Shown: one piece after another, positions 39,801-51,243 of the stretch
Position numbering within the stretch: the first letter of the stretch is position 1
Layout: every line of letters starts with the position of its first letter
Assembly: GCA_000091205.1 (NCBI GenBank)
Contig: AP006495.2
Direction: 5' to 3' (one strand)
DNA: 64,000 bases
From: Cyanidioschyzon merolae
Lineage: Eukaryota
The notes under the pieces: generated by a model
What the model was told of the DNA's origin: nothing
Seen by the model: only the letters and a program-made list of their open reading frames with translations
The model's database searches: none
Program-made: the position numbers and the translations under genes

Positions 39801-42266
39801 GGACACGACGGGGCACCGTTTGCCGTTCCCGTTGACACCATCGTAGATCTGCGACCGCTAGCAGAGGCACTTGTTGCGGCCGCTTTTCGAAATGGATGCA
39901 CGTATTTCGGTCCTTGGGATCGCATCATTGAACTGCGGGATTGTTTCACGGGGGCTCGAGAGCCGTCACGCTATGCGTTCGAAGAGTTTCTCTTTCGCCG
40001 CTTGCAGATCACGTTGAAGCCGCTAGAAACGCGGATCCTGGAACTGTGTCCTAGCTCGGAAGCGGCCGAGTCCAGCACCGATCTGCATCAGCAAACCGTC
40101 CAGCGTCTCGACGAAGACGATGAAATGTTGTTGGACGCCCGTGCCAACTGGCTCGCTGGCTACCTCGCTCGACACTGTTACGACTTGAAGGCTTTTGCCC
40201 GAGCGCTCGGCTTTCTCCAAGGCCTGCTTGCGCCCGGTAAGCAGCAACTGACCGAGGCTCGAGCTCGCCATCTGATGTGTGTCTGCCTGCAGCGAACAGC
40301 GCTGCTCGCCGGTGAGCAAGAGTATCCGCCACACGGTTTCCGTGCTGTCTCCGGCGAGCGTCTGCTTGCTTATCTTATGGTGCTGTCGAGTTGTGGAATT
40401 GATGCACTTCGCACCGTTGCACGACGCATCCTCTCCGGGAATCGAATGGGTCCGATCGTGCTCTTCAGTCCGGAGCTCGGTCGTTTCTCGAGCATCGGAG
40501 GTCTCGGTACCATGGTCGATGAACTCTCCAAAGGTCTCGCTGATCTCGGCCTCGACGTGTACGTCATCTCGCCAGCCTATACCTTCAATCGTCGTGGAGA
40601 GACGCGCTATCTCGAACGGGACGGTATTCGCTGGACCCGCAATATCGATGTGCGTATCGGGAACGTTGGTGTCGCCACGCTGGGCATCTTCGAAGGCATT
40701 GAAAACAGTGTTCGTCTGATTTTCTTTGAAAATCACTCGTACTTCCCGCGAGTCTACCAGGATCTGGGCTCTCAGGCGCGCATGATGGAGATGCTGGTCC
40801 TTGCGAATCGGGGAGTGCTTGAAATATGCTGCCACAAGCAGTTGCGACCCAGCCTCTTGGTGACCAACGATTGGATGGGGGGTCTGGTTCCCGCCTACGG
40901 GCGACTGGGCTATTTTGGTGGCTATTTCGACGACACCTGTTTCTTCCATATTGTGCACAACCTTGGCGATGCAGCCTACGAGGGTCGTCTCTACCCGAGT
41001 CCAGCTGAGGCCGGATTCGAGGCCATTCATCAGCTACCTCGCGACATTGTCATTGATCCTACCTGGAATCGCGTCGTTGTGAACCCCAGTCGTGCCGCCT
41101 TCAAGTGTGCGCACAGCTGGGGCACCGTCTCGCCGAGCTACCTGGAGGAGTTGCTCACGAATCACCCACTGCGTCCCGTGATGCGTCTCTGTCGAGCGCC
41201 ATTCGGGACGTCCAACGGTATTCGTGTGCAGGATCGTTTGGCGTTACTGCGTCGGGTAGCGTCGAGCCACGAGGAGGCCAAGAGCGTTCTCCAGAGCAAA
41301 TACTTTGGAGTGACGGATCCGGGGATTCCGGTGTTTGCATTTGTCGGGCGTCTGACGAGTCAGAAAGGGGTGCACCTGATTCTCTCGGCAACAGATGCAC
41401 TGATGAATCTGGCTGGCCCCAGCAAGTGCCAGATCCTCATAGGCGGCATGGCGAACCGGGCGGATCCGTACGGTGCGGACTGTGCTCGACGCTGCAACGA
41501 GCTCAAGCAACGCTACCGGGGGTATTTTTCTGCTGACCCGGATAACTTTTTCCATGATGGACCGTTGGTCAACTTGGGCGCCGACTTTTGCCTCATGCCC
41601 TCGTTGTTCGAGCCCGGCGGCATTGTACAGCAGGAGTTCTTCGTGGTAGGCACCCCGGTGATCGCGTACCGCACCGGTGGCCTGAAAGACACGGTGATCG
41701 AATGGGATCCGGTGGAGCTCACCGGATCCGGGTTCGTATTCCACGAGTATACGATGGATGATTTTCTGGCTGCTTGCAAACGAGCGCTCCGCGTCTACGC
41801 CAAGCCGGACGAGTACCAGCTTCTGCGGGAGTCGACCCGCGAGTTTGTCATTGATGTTGCCCAGGTTGCCGAGGCGTGGTCGCGGGAATTCCATCGGGTC
41901 AAGAACATCATCCCGTGTCGGGATGATGTGTTGGCTCTGGATCTGGAAGCGGTGGCGAGCGAGCTCTCCAGTGCCGTCAAGGATGGTGTTTGTGTACCAG
42001 CGGTGCCCGTGGATATCGATTGGCCCGATGCATCCGCTTCCAGTGTCTCTGTGAAGGGTTCCTTTGATGGCTGGAGTCGTGAATGGCCCCTGCGTCGTGA
42101 CTCAGGCAAAGCAAACGCATGGGAGCGCACGTTCTGGCTACCACCGGGTACCTACGAGATCAAGTACCGCGTGGACGGCGAGTGGCTTGTTCACCCGCAC
42201 AAACCAGTAACGAATACGAGCGGGCTCTTGAATAACCTGCTGGAGGTGCCTCGACAGACCCCATAA
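36816..42266 (+). CDS. Giant multi-domain alpha-glucan synthase. An N-terminal GH13-like (alpha-amylase family, probably degenerate) domain precedes a GT5 starch/glycogen synthase catalytic domain and a C-terminal CBM48 (AMPK-beta-type glycogen-binding) module. Length is 1816 aa; an alternative start is the Met at 37056.
   Basis: GT5 N-terminus 'IVLFSPELGRFSSIGGLGTMVDELSKGLADLGLDVYVISP'. GT5 C-terminal 'FCLMPSLFEPGGIVQQEFFVVGTPVIAYRTGGLKDTVIEW'. GH13 region II-like 'GGVRLDNAQCVP' and region III-like 'LVLGESHF'. CBM48 'VSVKGSFDGWSREWPLRRD...WERTFWLPPGTYEIKYRVDGEWLVHPHKP'. (TTG)n and (GCT)n microsatellites at 36697-37009 lie inside the first 200 bp of the ORF. Confidence 0.85.
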   Translation: MDCSSVQRSSSSCSCVSRALVHTREDCVLWRGLSKSVRSRTRAIRALGCCSSILLLLLLLLLLLHLASGDTHRVFAKGNVMPGSTQRGGWREQRPALSRGTPVNQRRWSAWLPRLSSLVDEQPVQDVLDEVQQLLLERSTWVTYEDGARGGASGRGANKPPAPFSSAGWERLQTLLEVEKALVSALGHHCEDVRDRAVVLLSVLYDGHPLQLAGDALPVAVTCVGEPVTVCIPFASEADREAFQPQRAVLRLFRPWPNKNKNGYTREVLSKQATNSLQLGGSRPPRSPSSDGPQQRKPSLATETGPNATSTSPSREQTAQDWTNAEEEAEQELPVGTHALWAACHGHWQSYPISVQGESILVHLGSFEQPGFYDWYIARASDGVASPLVIAHPVVYADVPGMDFRRLRGRFIVQPRGARAHRLYEIPVDQVGARWDATTGALLSRGSFDAVQELLPRLAASGITGIYVSGCLERRLDEHEPTPHTVVDRAMPATILGGVHKFRRMCAEARRHQLATIVDCLDRVSLARAHRRYRRIGYVRIVDAKRQVPALPHPGTDCHEVQWEDTALLNYRRLESWYSLIEDISQMATEHGAGGVRLDNAQCVPCVLAPDVTELARIDNDGIAHYDDEEKAFGDVVLANVEGGYWRTDAAIDGYPNPLLLKLTREMWHWNPSFLVLGESHFHRERNLIVSGLIPHTLRVATILAGISGKSLRRDGSVRALGENKHPTVDFIARLYRNDAHAIPSGAIMVGGTCSDTSPYPSVLYGRRAWTAVDMLCFLPDIPLLLLGEEDGRAYRINMASVSREVDPDTNLELEVPKSPRLGGHGLPRGSSVASGMSMLHLQQTSMGDVRRLKRSGSRETGLARLSSTNLLGRNTTNRRADSGSMSGAAAAMVRSRSTEDMLKLSIRSVSAEDIRQLDLAEEDIRREIGPQEGYDIRQIRGHYEHRLRLRASYEALREGHMVALVVREQAKYQVLAFARFTRQQIVLLFINVRGGHDGAPFAVPVDTIVDLRPLAEALVAAAFRNGCTYFGPWDRIIELRDCFTGAREPSRYAFEEFLFRRLQITLKPLETRILELCPSSEAAESSTDLHQQTVQRLDEDDEMLLDARANWLAGYLARHCYDLKAFARALGFLQGLLAPGKQQLTEARARHLMCVCLQRTALLAGEQEYPPHGFRAVSGERLLAYLMVLSSCGIDALRTVARRILSGNRMGPIVLFSPELGRFSSIGGLGTMVDELSKGLADLGLDVYVISPAYTFNRRGETRYLERDGIRWTRNIDVRIGNVGVATLGIFEGIENSVRLIFFENHSYFPRVYQDLGSQARMMEMLVLANRGVLEICCHKQLRPSLLVTNDWMGGLVPAYGRLGYFGGYFDDTCFFHIVHNLGDAAYEGRLYPSPAEAGFEAIHQLPRDIVIDPTWNRVVVNPSRAAFKCAHSWGTVSPSYLEELLTNHPLRPVMRLCRAPFGTSNGIRVQDRLALLRRVASSHEEAKSVLQSKYFGVTDPGIPVFAFVGRLTSQKGVHLILSATDALMNLAGPSKCQILIGGMANRADPYGADCARRCNELKQRYRGYFSADPDNFFHDGPLVNLGADFCLMPSLFEPGGIVQQEFFVVGTPVIAYRTGGLKDTVIEWDPVELTGSGFVFHEYTMDDFLAACKRALRVYAKPDEYQLLRESTREFVIDVAQVAEAWSREFHRVKNIIPCRDDVLALDLEAVASELSSAVKDGVCVPAVPVDIDWPDASASSVSVKGSFDGWSREWPLRRDSGKANAWERTFWLPPGTYEIKYRVDGEWLVHPHKPVTNTSGLLNNLLEVPRQTP

Positions 42267-44243
42267 GGTGTCACGCTTAACGCTAGCGGAAACGCGGCAA
42301 GTTGGAGGTTTCGTTCGGGAGGCTTTTTGCCTGCGGGATACGTGCATTGCGCATGCTAGAAACAGGGTCTTGAGGGCGCGAGAGCGCGCTGCACTGTAGA
42401 CGCGTTTGCGCTCCCAGGTCGTGGCTTCGAAGGCGTGCATGGCCCCCTGCGGGCGACTTTACGCATGGACCAGTGCTGGTGACGGTGGTGATGGTTGCGT
42501 GCAGGCAGCCGCTCTGGAGAGTGTCCCCAATGCGTAGCTAGGGCAGCGGTTTTCGTCGATATCTTGAACTGCATCCCGCTGGTGTCGCTGCTGCTGGTAA
42601 TGCGCTCGGGGACGACACGCGAGGTCATGTCGCGTGCCTCCTCGGCAGCGGTTGGTGCAGTCTCTACGCGCGCTGTTCCCGCTCCCGAATGACCTCGTCT
42701 AACGACAATGGCTCTGGTGCCTGAGCCCTGCCTCGACGCCGCAGCATCAATGACGCAACGCAGCGGGGCGTTGTTGGTATTGCGCTGCACGCGGTTGCAG
42801 CTTGACGGCAGCGATCGCTTTTCGACTCAGCGTATCATGTTGTAAACGCATGCAGGAGTGGAGGTAGAGCGCAAGCGACAAACGCAGCGCATCGAGAGAT
42901 GTATGGCATCGGTACTTGGCAGGTCGGGTACACCATAGAACGAGCAGCGTGGAACGGGGCTGTTGAACTCGGGCGTGTCCAGGAAATTTTGGATGTCTTT
43001 TACACTGTCGTGAACAGCATCCGAGGTGTGCTGGTGCTCTCCGACTGCTTCGTTTTCCTTTTTGTTACGAACGGCTTCGTATTCGCCCATCTGTTCATTC
43101 CCCTGCGAACTCCGTTACCAAAAGTCGAAGGGTAATGATGGACGCGCAAGTGCCGAAGTCGCTGCTTCCGCGTCATGTTCATGATGATGCATTTTAGGCA
43201 TAGGCGGTCGTTGCGATGGACAACGTTGTTTGTGTACAGCCTGGGTTCGCGGTTCAAAGCGTTGATCCTTGGCTTGCGTCACATGTGCCGATAAGTGCTC
43301 ATCGAATCTCATTCGTACGCTGTCAAGTGACCTACGAACGCCTGGTTCATCGCTCAGTACGTCCTGTTGACGCATCCAGAAGGCTGCCGTCGATGCACGT
43401 CTCCGATTCCGCGTCTAGTGCGGCATCCCAGGATCACAGGCCTGCTCTAGGAGATGCTGTCTGCTGTACGCGCAAGTATACGCTTCCCATTCGATAGAGG
43501 ATTTGTGGAATGCGAACTTGTCCACCACCGCGAAACATGTACTGGGAGTAGAATCCAGTCTGCAGATCAGGTCGTGAAATATCGGTCGTTTTCCGCTCCC
43601 TCGTTACCAAACGTAGATGCACGCGCAGCGGGCATTCACGACTTTGATGACTCAAGTCCGATTCCAGGACTTTTTTTGCTTGCAAACGGAAGAGAAGGGA
43701 CCCTCTGGGCTCGTATCCCATGAGACGGTTCTTGCTTCCGTGGAATGCCGTTTTGTCAATGTCAACAAAGAGGGGCGATTCCGTCTTTCGTACGCAATCG
43801 ATGATTCACCATGACATGTCCGGGAAACGCTTGCGATGGACCTGTGCAATAGGCGACAAGTGATGATGTCGATTATTTTTTCGCGTCTGTCCTTGAAGCT
43901 ACGTACCCATCCGTCAGCGCTTATTACTCCGCTTCGATCCTTGATACAGAAACTCGATGAAAAAAATCGATACGCAAAGAAAAACAGTGATCCATTCAGT
44001 GTCCCATATTTTATTCGACCGCACCTGAACGTACCGATTCACATCGATGAAGACGCTAGTACTAGCTGCCGTAGCAGCCTCCCATCGCTCGAAGAGCACC
44101 GACGCTGCGCAACTGGAACTCGACCCAGCGACCTGTTGCGTTCGGTACACGAGTTCGACGCGCCACCAGACACGGCAAGCGTCATCTATCACAGGACGGC
44201 GTTCGCACGTTGTCGCATATGCAACGCTGCCCCGATAACCGTC

Positions 44244-46202
44244 TCAGGTGGCGTTTGCGAGACTTGCCGCTCCCGCGACCCGTTCGTAGAGCCGTCCGAG
44301 ACGCAGAACACCGACGTCATCACCGAAACGGCCAATGAGCTGCATGCCGGTTGGCAGACGAGCGCTGGGATTCGCTGGTAGCGTCAACGCTGGCAGACCA
44401 GCGAGGCTGGCGGGTACCGTCAGGACGTCTTCAGCGTAGAGGTCGATGCCGGCTTTCGCGCCCAGCGCAAACGCCCCGGTAGGCGATACCGGGCTCAGCA
44501 AAAAGTCGCAGTGCTGAAAAGCGCGCCAAAAGTCATCGGTAACAAGCCGTCGAACCTGCATGGCTCGTCGATAATAGGCATCCACATAGCCGGCGGAGAG
44601 CGCAAAGGTGCCCAGCATGATGCGTCGCTTCACTTCGGGGCCAAAGCCCCGAGTCCGTACACGACGTGTCATCTCTGCCGCTGTACGAGCGCCATCTTGC
44701 CGGACGCCGTATCGAACACCATCGTAGCGAGCGAGGTTTGCACTGGCCTCGCTTGAAGCCAGGATGTAGTATGCCGCACATGCTGCCTGGAAGCTGGGCA
44801 TCGACACCGGCACCACGGAAGCACCAAGCGACGAAAATGTTGCGATGGCCTCCTGGAGAGCCAGGCGCGCCTCCGATGCTAGTTGCGGCATCTCGAGCGC
44901 TTCCGTCCAGACGCCAAGGCGAATGTTTGCAAGCGGCTTGCGCTCTTCGACGAGTGCCTCTTCGATATCCGGGAGCGCGTCCAGGGATATTCCGGTATCC
45001 GCGAGTGTAGTGAGGTCATGCGGATCGGGGCCAGCGATCACCGCCAGGCAGCGCGTGATGTCCTCCACCGAGCGTCCTATAGGTCCCACCGTGTCCAGCG
45101 ACGACGCGTAGGCAATGAGTCCATAGCGGGAGACCCGGCCGTAGCTCGGCTTAAGGCCGACCACACCGCAGAATGCTGCTGGCTGGCGAATAGAGCCGCC
45201 AGTATCCGAACCGAGTGACAGCAGCGCCGAGCTCGCTGCCACAGAAGCTGCACTGCCACCAGACGAGCCACCTGGGACCCGGGTGAGGTCTCGAGGATTG
45301 CGCACCACCCCAAACGCACAGTTTTCCGAGCTACTCCCCATGCCGAACTCGTCTAATGCCGTCTTCCCAAGAATAATCGCACCTTGTTCTCGTAAGCGTC
45401 GGACGCACGTCGCGTCTTCCGCAGGTTGGTAGTTCTCCAGCAGAAGCGATCCAGCGGTCGTCGGTAGCGCCCTGGTCAACAGGTTATCCTTGATGGAGAT
45501 AGGAACACCAGCGACGAGTCCGAGTGCTTCGCCGCGTTCACGCTTTTGATCAATCAGGGCAGCCTGCTCTCGTGCGAACTGTTCATCTACATTGATGTAA
45601 GCGTGGATATGAGGTTCGGTCTCTTGCAGTCGTTGGAGATAGCGCTCGACTACTTGCATTGCCGTCCAGGTGCCGGTCTGGACCTTTTCAACGATCTCGC
45701 TGGCGCTCGCCTGCAGGATAGGATCCGGGCCCAGTGCCGGTACACTTGCTGCTCGCGTCGCCCGCAACTTTGAGGACGAAGACTCACCAAGGCAGACGAT
45801 CCTTGATGCAAAGTGGGCCGCTGCAGGTTTCGGACCTATCCACCACCGGTTTCGACTCACGGGTAGCTGCCGCGTCCTCGTACGCTGACGATACTGCGCA
45901 GTACCGCAAGAATCAGTCCAGCTTGAAAACTTCGGAGCGAAATCGCTTGGTGCAAGTTGCTTCTCGACTCGATGCACCCGCCGCCGCTGCCACTGCCTCA
46001 CACCGATGCAGAGAGCGGAAACTTTTCGCATCCCCGTGAGTGCCTCGGTCACTCGTGGGTAGCGGCAGCTCCAGCACTGTGCTTGCGGTCGCTGCAACAG
46101 AACTGAGTGCACCTCCGAGGCGACATAGCCCTGGACTGGACTAGTCCTGCTGAAGAAAAGTCGACTGTTGACAGTCGTTGGCCGTGAAGTGAGACACGAC
46201 AT
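44244..46202 (-). CDS. gatA: Glutamyl-tRNA(Gln) amidotransferase subunit A (amidase signature family) with a ~150-aa N-terminal presequence, probably organellar.
   Basis: 'GVPISIKDNL', 'GGSSGGSAASVAASSALLSLGSDTGGSIRQPAAFCGVVGLKPSYGRVSRYGLIAYASSLDTVGPI'. Confidence 0.85.
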   Translation of the reverse strand: MSCLTSRPTTVNSRLFFSRTSPVQGYVASEVHSVLLQRPQAQCWSCRYPRVTEALTGMRKVSALCIGVRQWQRRRVHRVEKQLAPSDFAPKFSSWTDSCGTAQYRQRTRTRQLPVSRNRWWIGPKPAAAHFASRIVCLGESSSSKLRATRAASVPALGPDPILQASASEIVEKVQTGTWTAMQVVERYLQRLQETEPHIHAYINVDEQFAREQAALIDQKRERGEALGLVAGVPISIKDNLLTRALPTTAGSLLLENYQPAEDATCVRRLREQGAIILGKTALDEFGMGSSSENCAFGVVRNPRDLTRVPGGSSGGSAASVAASSALLSLGSDTGGSIRQPAAFCGVVGLKPSYGRVSRYGLIAYASSLDTVGPIGRSVEDITRCLAVIAGPDPHDLTTLADTGISLDALPDIEEALVEERKPLANIRLGVWTEALEMPQLASEARLALQEAIATFSSLGASVVPVSMPSFQAACAAYYILASSEASANLARYDGVRYGVRQDGARTAAEMTRRVRTRGFGPEVKRRIMLGTFALSAGYVDAYYRRAMQVRRLVTDDFWRAFQHCDFLLSPVSPTGAFALGAKAGIDLYAEDVLTVPASLAGLPALTLPANPSARLPTGMQLIGRFGDDVGVLRLGRLYERVAGAASLANAT

Positions 46203-47442
46203 TCCCGAAACTCGTTACAGGCTCTGCGACAAAACACTGCAGCGACACCAAAGTGCAAAAGAGCGCGGTTCCGACCGCGGGCTTCGGCGACCGTTGACCA
46301 GCCAGCTACCAGCAACAAGCACCTGTGCTAGCACAGCTGTAACCCTCAACCAGGTCGTCGACGCACCTATACGATAAGGGGCTTTGTTCTGCGCACGAAG
46401 CCAGAATCCACGGCTCGCTCTCGTCGACGTCGTTCGTTCGACGCAGATGAGATCGAAGCGAAGTTGTCGGTAAAGTCATTGCTGCAGGGCTTGCTTGCCT
46501 TCGATCATGCCGATCCGTCGAGAAACGGTACAGAGAGCCATAATGGATATCAGGGGATGTGTGATTCCACGACAGCGCTCCACAGATATCTTCCTGTCAT
46601 GCGATATCCCTGGATTCGGGTAGATCATCGGGGGCTCTTATGCTTCTTGGATTCGCTGGAAATTCGAGTCGTGCGAATCTGTGATCGTCTGTGAACGACA
46701 CGCGAACATCACGCCAGGTGTCTATGGACGACGCACCGGCATTTCTGGAATGCTGAAAGACGGTGCATCCGTGGCAAGCTCCAGGCGTGAATCCAAGCGC
46801 TAGCTCCGGGTCACCGATGCTTTTTCTTGTCATCGCGGGTGGTCAGCGTTTCAGCGCAATGCGTAGTGCACTGAGTATTGGATGAATTCCTCGACGGTAT
46901 GCTCGACAAGAAGCCGATGGTCGCTGTGGAAGCACGACATATTTCCGGGTGTTGATCGAGGCATTCAGGTACAGGTGCCGAAACGATAACAGGCTTGCGA
47001 TGCCACCAGCATCGCAAGCCTATCACCGCCAATTGGTTACTCGATTTGACTGTCGCTCAGCTTACCGTATACCACGTGGTGCATCCAGCACTGTTTCACT
47101 GTATGCTTCTCTAACGCTTTCAGTGGGTGCCAGCACTCCTAATTCGTGAATGTTGTCGAGCAGTCATCAACGGGTATCGTGCAGTGTCGATGCCTATGCT
47201 CGGTGAACACGCGCGCTGCGAAGAAGCTGTGGTGCCGTCCCTGCGCGCTACCGAACGCCCAGTGCCATTGGCTGGCAACAAACCTCGTGACTTGTCTGTG
47301 CTTTGCTTTTTCAACGCGTTGCATATGACGGTGATTGCGCGCGTCTTGCCTTCGTACTACCGAAACCAGTGGAGATCCGAGCTCTGTCTCGTGTGCGCTT
47401 GATATTGATCGTTCGCAGCAGCCGTTTGGGTGCGTATTTGCG

Positions 47443-47832
47443 TTACGAATGAGTCGTCCAATGCATCCTCCTCTGTACGAGACGGTGCTCAGCGCGCTCG
47501 ATTAGGGTCATGTTGCGGTCTGTGCAGTCGTTCGAATGTCTCCTGATGTCTGCAATGCTCCACTCGCGATGAAACCGAGCTCCGAAAAACTCAGCAGCCC
47601 TTTCTGATTTTCGTTTGAGGTCTTTGGCTCCAGCTCTGACGCCAATCATCCGGGGATGCACGGTCATCACAACGCCCTTGAATTCATCTTCCATGAACGT
47701 CTGAACATGGGTGCCGTTGCTCGACTCAAATCTAGGCTTCACAAAGTGTGTGCAGATGGGTATGCCGCCGACCTCCATTGATGCTGCGAATGGCTTTCCA
47801 TTCCCTCGCTGGAAACGACGAACATGAACCAA
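47443..47832 (-). pseudogene. Possible relic of a retroviral-type (rve) integrase core, with catalytic residues mutated.
   Basis: 'QRGNGKPFAASMEVGGIPICTHFVKPRFESSNGTHVQTF' resembles the rve stretch 'sDNGkEF..f...gI.h..s.PysPqsNG.vER', but with D->G and E->Q. It lies in a 5-kb ORF-poor region. Confidence 0.2.
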
Positions 47833-50800
47833 GCACCTCCAATGCCCGTGGCAAACCTATTCAAATGCTTCATACTTGCTCGTTGACGTCAGCCGTAGCT
47901 CGCGGAGAAGCGCCACACCGAACAGATGCGTTTGTCGTGACATGCGCGGCATGTATTCGATACATGGGCAGTGCAGGGAATACCCGCTGGAGGAGGCTAG
48001 GGCGCTCGTTTACAGCGAGGAAATTCGCCATATGCATCGGACGGCTCTGTTCCGGGAAACGTAGTAGTTGCGCATGATGCGAGGAAGGCAGGCTTCCTGT
48101 CCCAAGCATCCCGGCTAGATGACCGCTGTCGGGCCGATGCTGAGAGCAGCACGTTGCCCTTGAAGGATGGCAGGGAGCTCTGGCTCGCGTTGCGACATAT
48201 CCGCAGAACTCGCAACCAACTCGAGCTCTTCTGCCTCCATCCGGCTCATCAGTTGCTTCCACTAGCACCAGGAGGATCCGTTCCATCCGTCATTATCGAT
48301 CTGGGCCAGTAAGGTGACTATACAACGCCCACAAGCTGTGCTTCTTGAAGTGCTCGACACGAACCCGCATGTGAATTTGGCTGTTGCGATTAGTTCGACG
48401 CTTTCTGAGACCAGCGCTGTAGATGCTCTGGTCGCCCCAGTCCAGCTGCGACGTGTCCAGGTACTCTCCGAAGCGCGTTGTGAACTCACTGATCCTACAA
48501 CCAGACCCTATGTCATATTCTCTATCCGGTGTATCGGAGTTGTTGTCGCACGAAGGTTTGATCCATCAATTCCTGATGAATGTTGATAGCTGGCAGCCCT
48601 GCGTCCCGGACTCGTATGAACAGCTGCTCGTCGAGGTACGGCAAGTCGGGTAATACTAGGTGAGCATTCCCAAAGCCAGAAGATAAGCGAAGTTGAATGG
48701 CGTCACGGATAGTTTTTGGATATGAAGCATATGCGCATCTGTCGAATGAATGCTTGTACATAAAAATTCCATTGGACATTGCAGAAGACGTCATGGACGG
48801 GATGGGTCCAAATCCCGGGGCCTCACACGAAAAGCAGCACAACGCCGATACCCGCTACGTGCTCTTTGGCAGCATATTTGTGACGAGGAGCGACATTGTC
48901 TCGGAGGCAGACCAGGGAATGCAGGAAGCCGAAGCCGCTAGTTGCGTTGACGATGCATGAGGTGTTTCATGATCCTTTCCGTATGGAGCATTGTTACCGA
49001 CTGCATGATTGCGTCTCCACTAGGGGTGAAGTTGTTGTGAGGATCGCTTCTCGCTTCGCTACGAGCAGTAGGCTGCCGCTCTGTAAGCACCCATGGACAG
49101 GTCGATCACTCCTCCCGAGTAGCGGTTCATAGCGCGAGACGAGCACCTGTTCCTCATGGGATGCGCAATCCTCTTTCAGGGCGAACCCGATAAAGTCTTG
49201 TCTAAAAAAGAATGGGACGGTCTCCCGTAGACAGGCGCGATTTTTTCGTTGCCCATCCGTGCCGCTTCATCCCCGTTCATATGCACCGTGCGAAAAACGT
49301 CACATACTGTGGTATCTCATGGAGTATCGCCCAGAGAGCATTCGGATTGCAACGGAATAACAAGAAAACAGCCTAGTAGATGGTGTCGGATTGGTTCTTT
49401 TCGGGTGCACGACGCTCGGAATGAAGGATACGAGAACGATCGGTCATCCAAGTGCTGAATTTTGAACGAGCGACCTGGACAAGCGAGGTGTTCTCTTCGC
49501 AGGCGAGCGGCGACAGCATTACGTATTTGCACAGCGCCTTCGTCAATGAAGAGAGGACATACCTTCTGCCAGATACCTGAGAAAAAAATCAAACATAAGC
49601 AAAAGAGCTTCCCATTAAAGATAGGCGGGAATGCGCTTCGATCTCTGCGGTTCGACCGGTCGATGCTTCATCTTCAAAATTACGAGATAAAAGAGCACAG
49701 CTAAGGTAGGCATAGGCCTGCAGCACCTAAGGGAGCGAAATGTTTCGCCTCTATAGAGTCTATATAGATATCTACCGACGCACAGGCGCATCCTAGTCGT
49801 TTTTGACCGGCACCTGTTATCGGTGTCAGTTGCTCTCCCAGCACACTTCGAGACCGAGAGGCTGCCGCATAGAGTTGTATCGCGTCAGCCCCTCGGGTCT
49901 CGTCTTCAACAACGCACATCGTCTGATCTGGATAGCAGCACTGAAGTCTCGGCTCACGGAAACCATGCGTTTAGTTGCCTCTGTTTGAACTCACAAGTGC
50001 CAGGCGTCCTCGAACGAGCGCCCTCTGTGTCACCACAGTCTCGTAATCATCCCGTCAGGCAAACACGTTTTCTCGTCTATCTCCAATCGACATCTTCTTC
50101 TTCTTCGTTGCTTGCTCTTCTGCGCCTGATTGTCGCCGAGAAGGAGATCTTCCACGTTCTTTCCTGGCAGCCGGCGAAACGGGGCCTCCAGGATCCGCCA
50201 CGCTCACTTCCATCACTTTATTTTGTTTTGAATATGAACCCGATGTCGAACGCGTCTGCCTTGAACCGCGAAGCATGACTTGAATACACGAGTGTGAAGG
50301 CTGAAGCACAGCCGACTTGCCGGACGATACGTTGCAATGACTTTAACGCAAATACAGCTCGGACGTCAGAGGAACCCGCTCATCATCATCGTGATCGCGT
50401 TTCTCCTCAACGGCGAGATACGCATCGCATCCCATGCCTGCCAGATTTGGAGGTGCGCGTATCGACCCCGCTATATAGAAAAAAGAACACAAACGAACAT
50501 CTAACTAGCAACGAGATAACGATTTCTTTCCACCGCTACGATCAAAGTCAAACAGAGGAAACGTTTTCCGTATTGTCGAAAGTTTACCTTCCAGACGAAA
50601 GGTCCCGCAAGCCGGACGAGTCGATCGGGCTCTCGCGCCATATTCCTCCGTAGGGGCGGGTGCTGTAATGAGACCTGAGCAACTCGTCGGCAACGCAGTT
50701 TATTCTGGGACTCGGAGCGGGTAGCCTGCGTCTGCGCGTCGCCCTGGTCGCAGTGGACTCCTAGCAGCTCGCTTCCCGCTGTCGCAGGCAGTGGATCTGT

Positions 50801-51243
50801 CAGCACATCTTCCATGCTTCCAGAATGCTGATGAATCTCGATTCCGTATTCACTGAATCATGCCGCAAGCGGACGCCCTCAGTAGTATCCCAAAGCGGCG
50901 CTGTCTCTGTGCTCCATCCGCACCATCTGTAGCGGTGCTATTGCGGGTGCTTACCGCGGGTACTAGATGCTCGACAGAACGTACGAAACTACAAGTACGT
51001 ACAGCAGAATGCATACGTAATGGGACTTGAAGAAAGGATCCAGCATCATGGACGTTTTGTCGATTACCAATACCCATCCCACAGTCGGGGATCCGCGGTC
51101 CATCGAGACGTACTGCCGAATCGCACCAATCAGCGCAATGATCTCCTTGACGCCCGGTATTCGAGCTCCTTCTCTACGATCAGGAAACGTACGCTTGCAG
51201 CGCTGCGTTGCGGTAGGCAGTAGAAGCACGGAGCTCGTTACAA

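Noticed and set aside
43836-44381. 181-aa ORF on the plus strand at the 3' end of GatA.
   Set aside because: It overlaps the GatA C-terminus in antisense and has no recognisable domain. It is most likely the 3' region of convergent genes.
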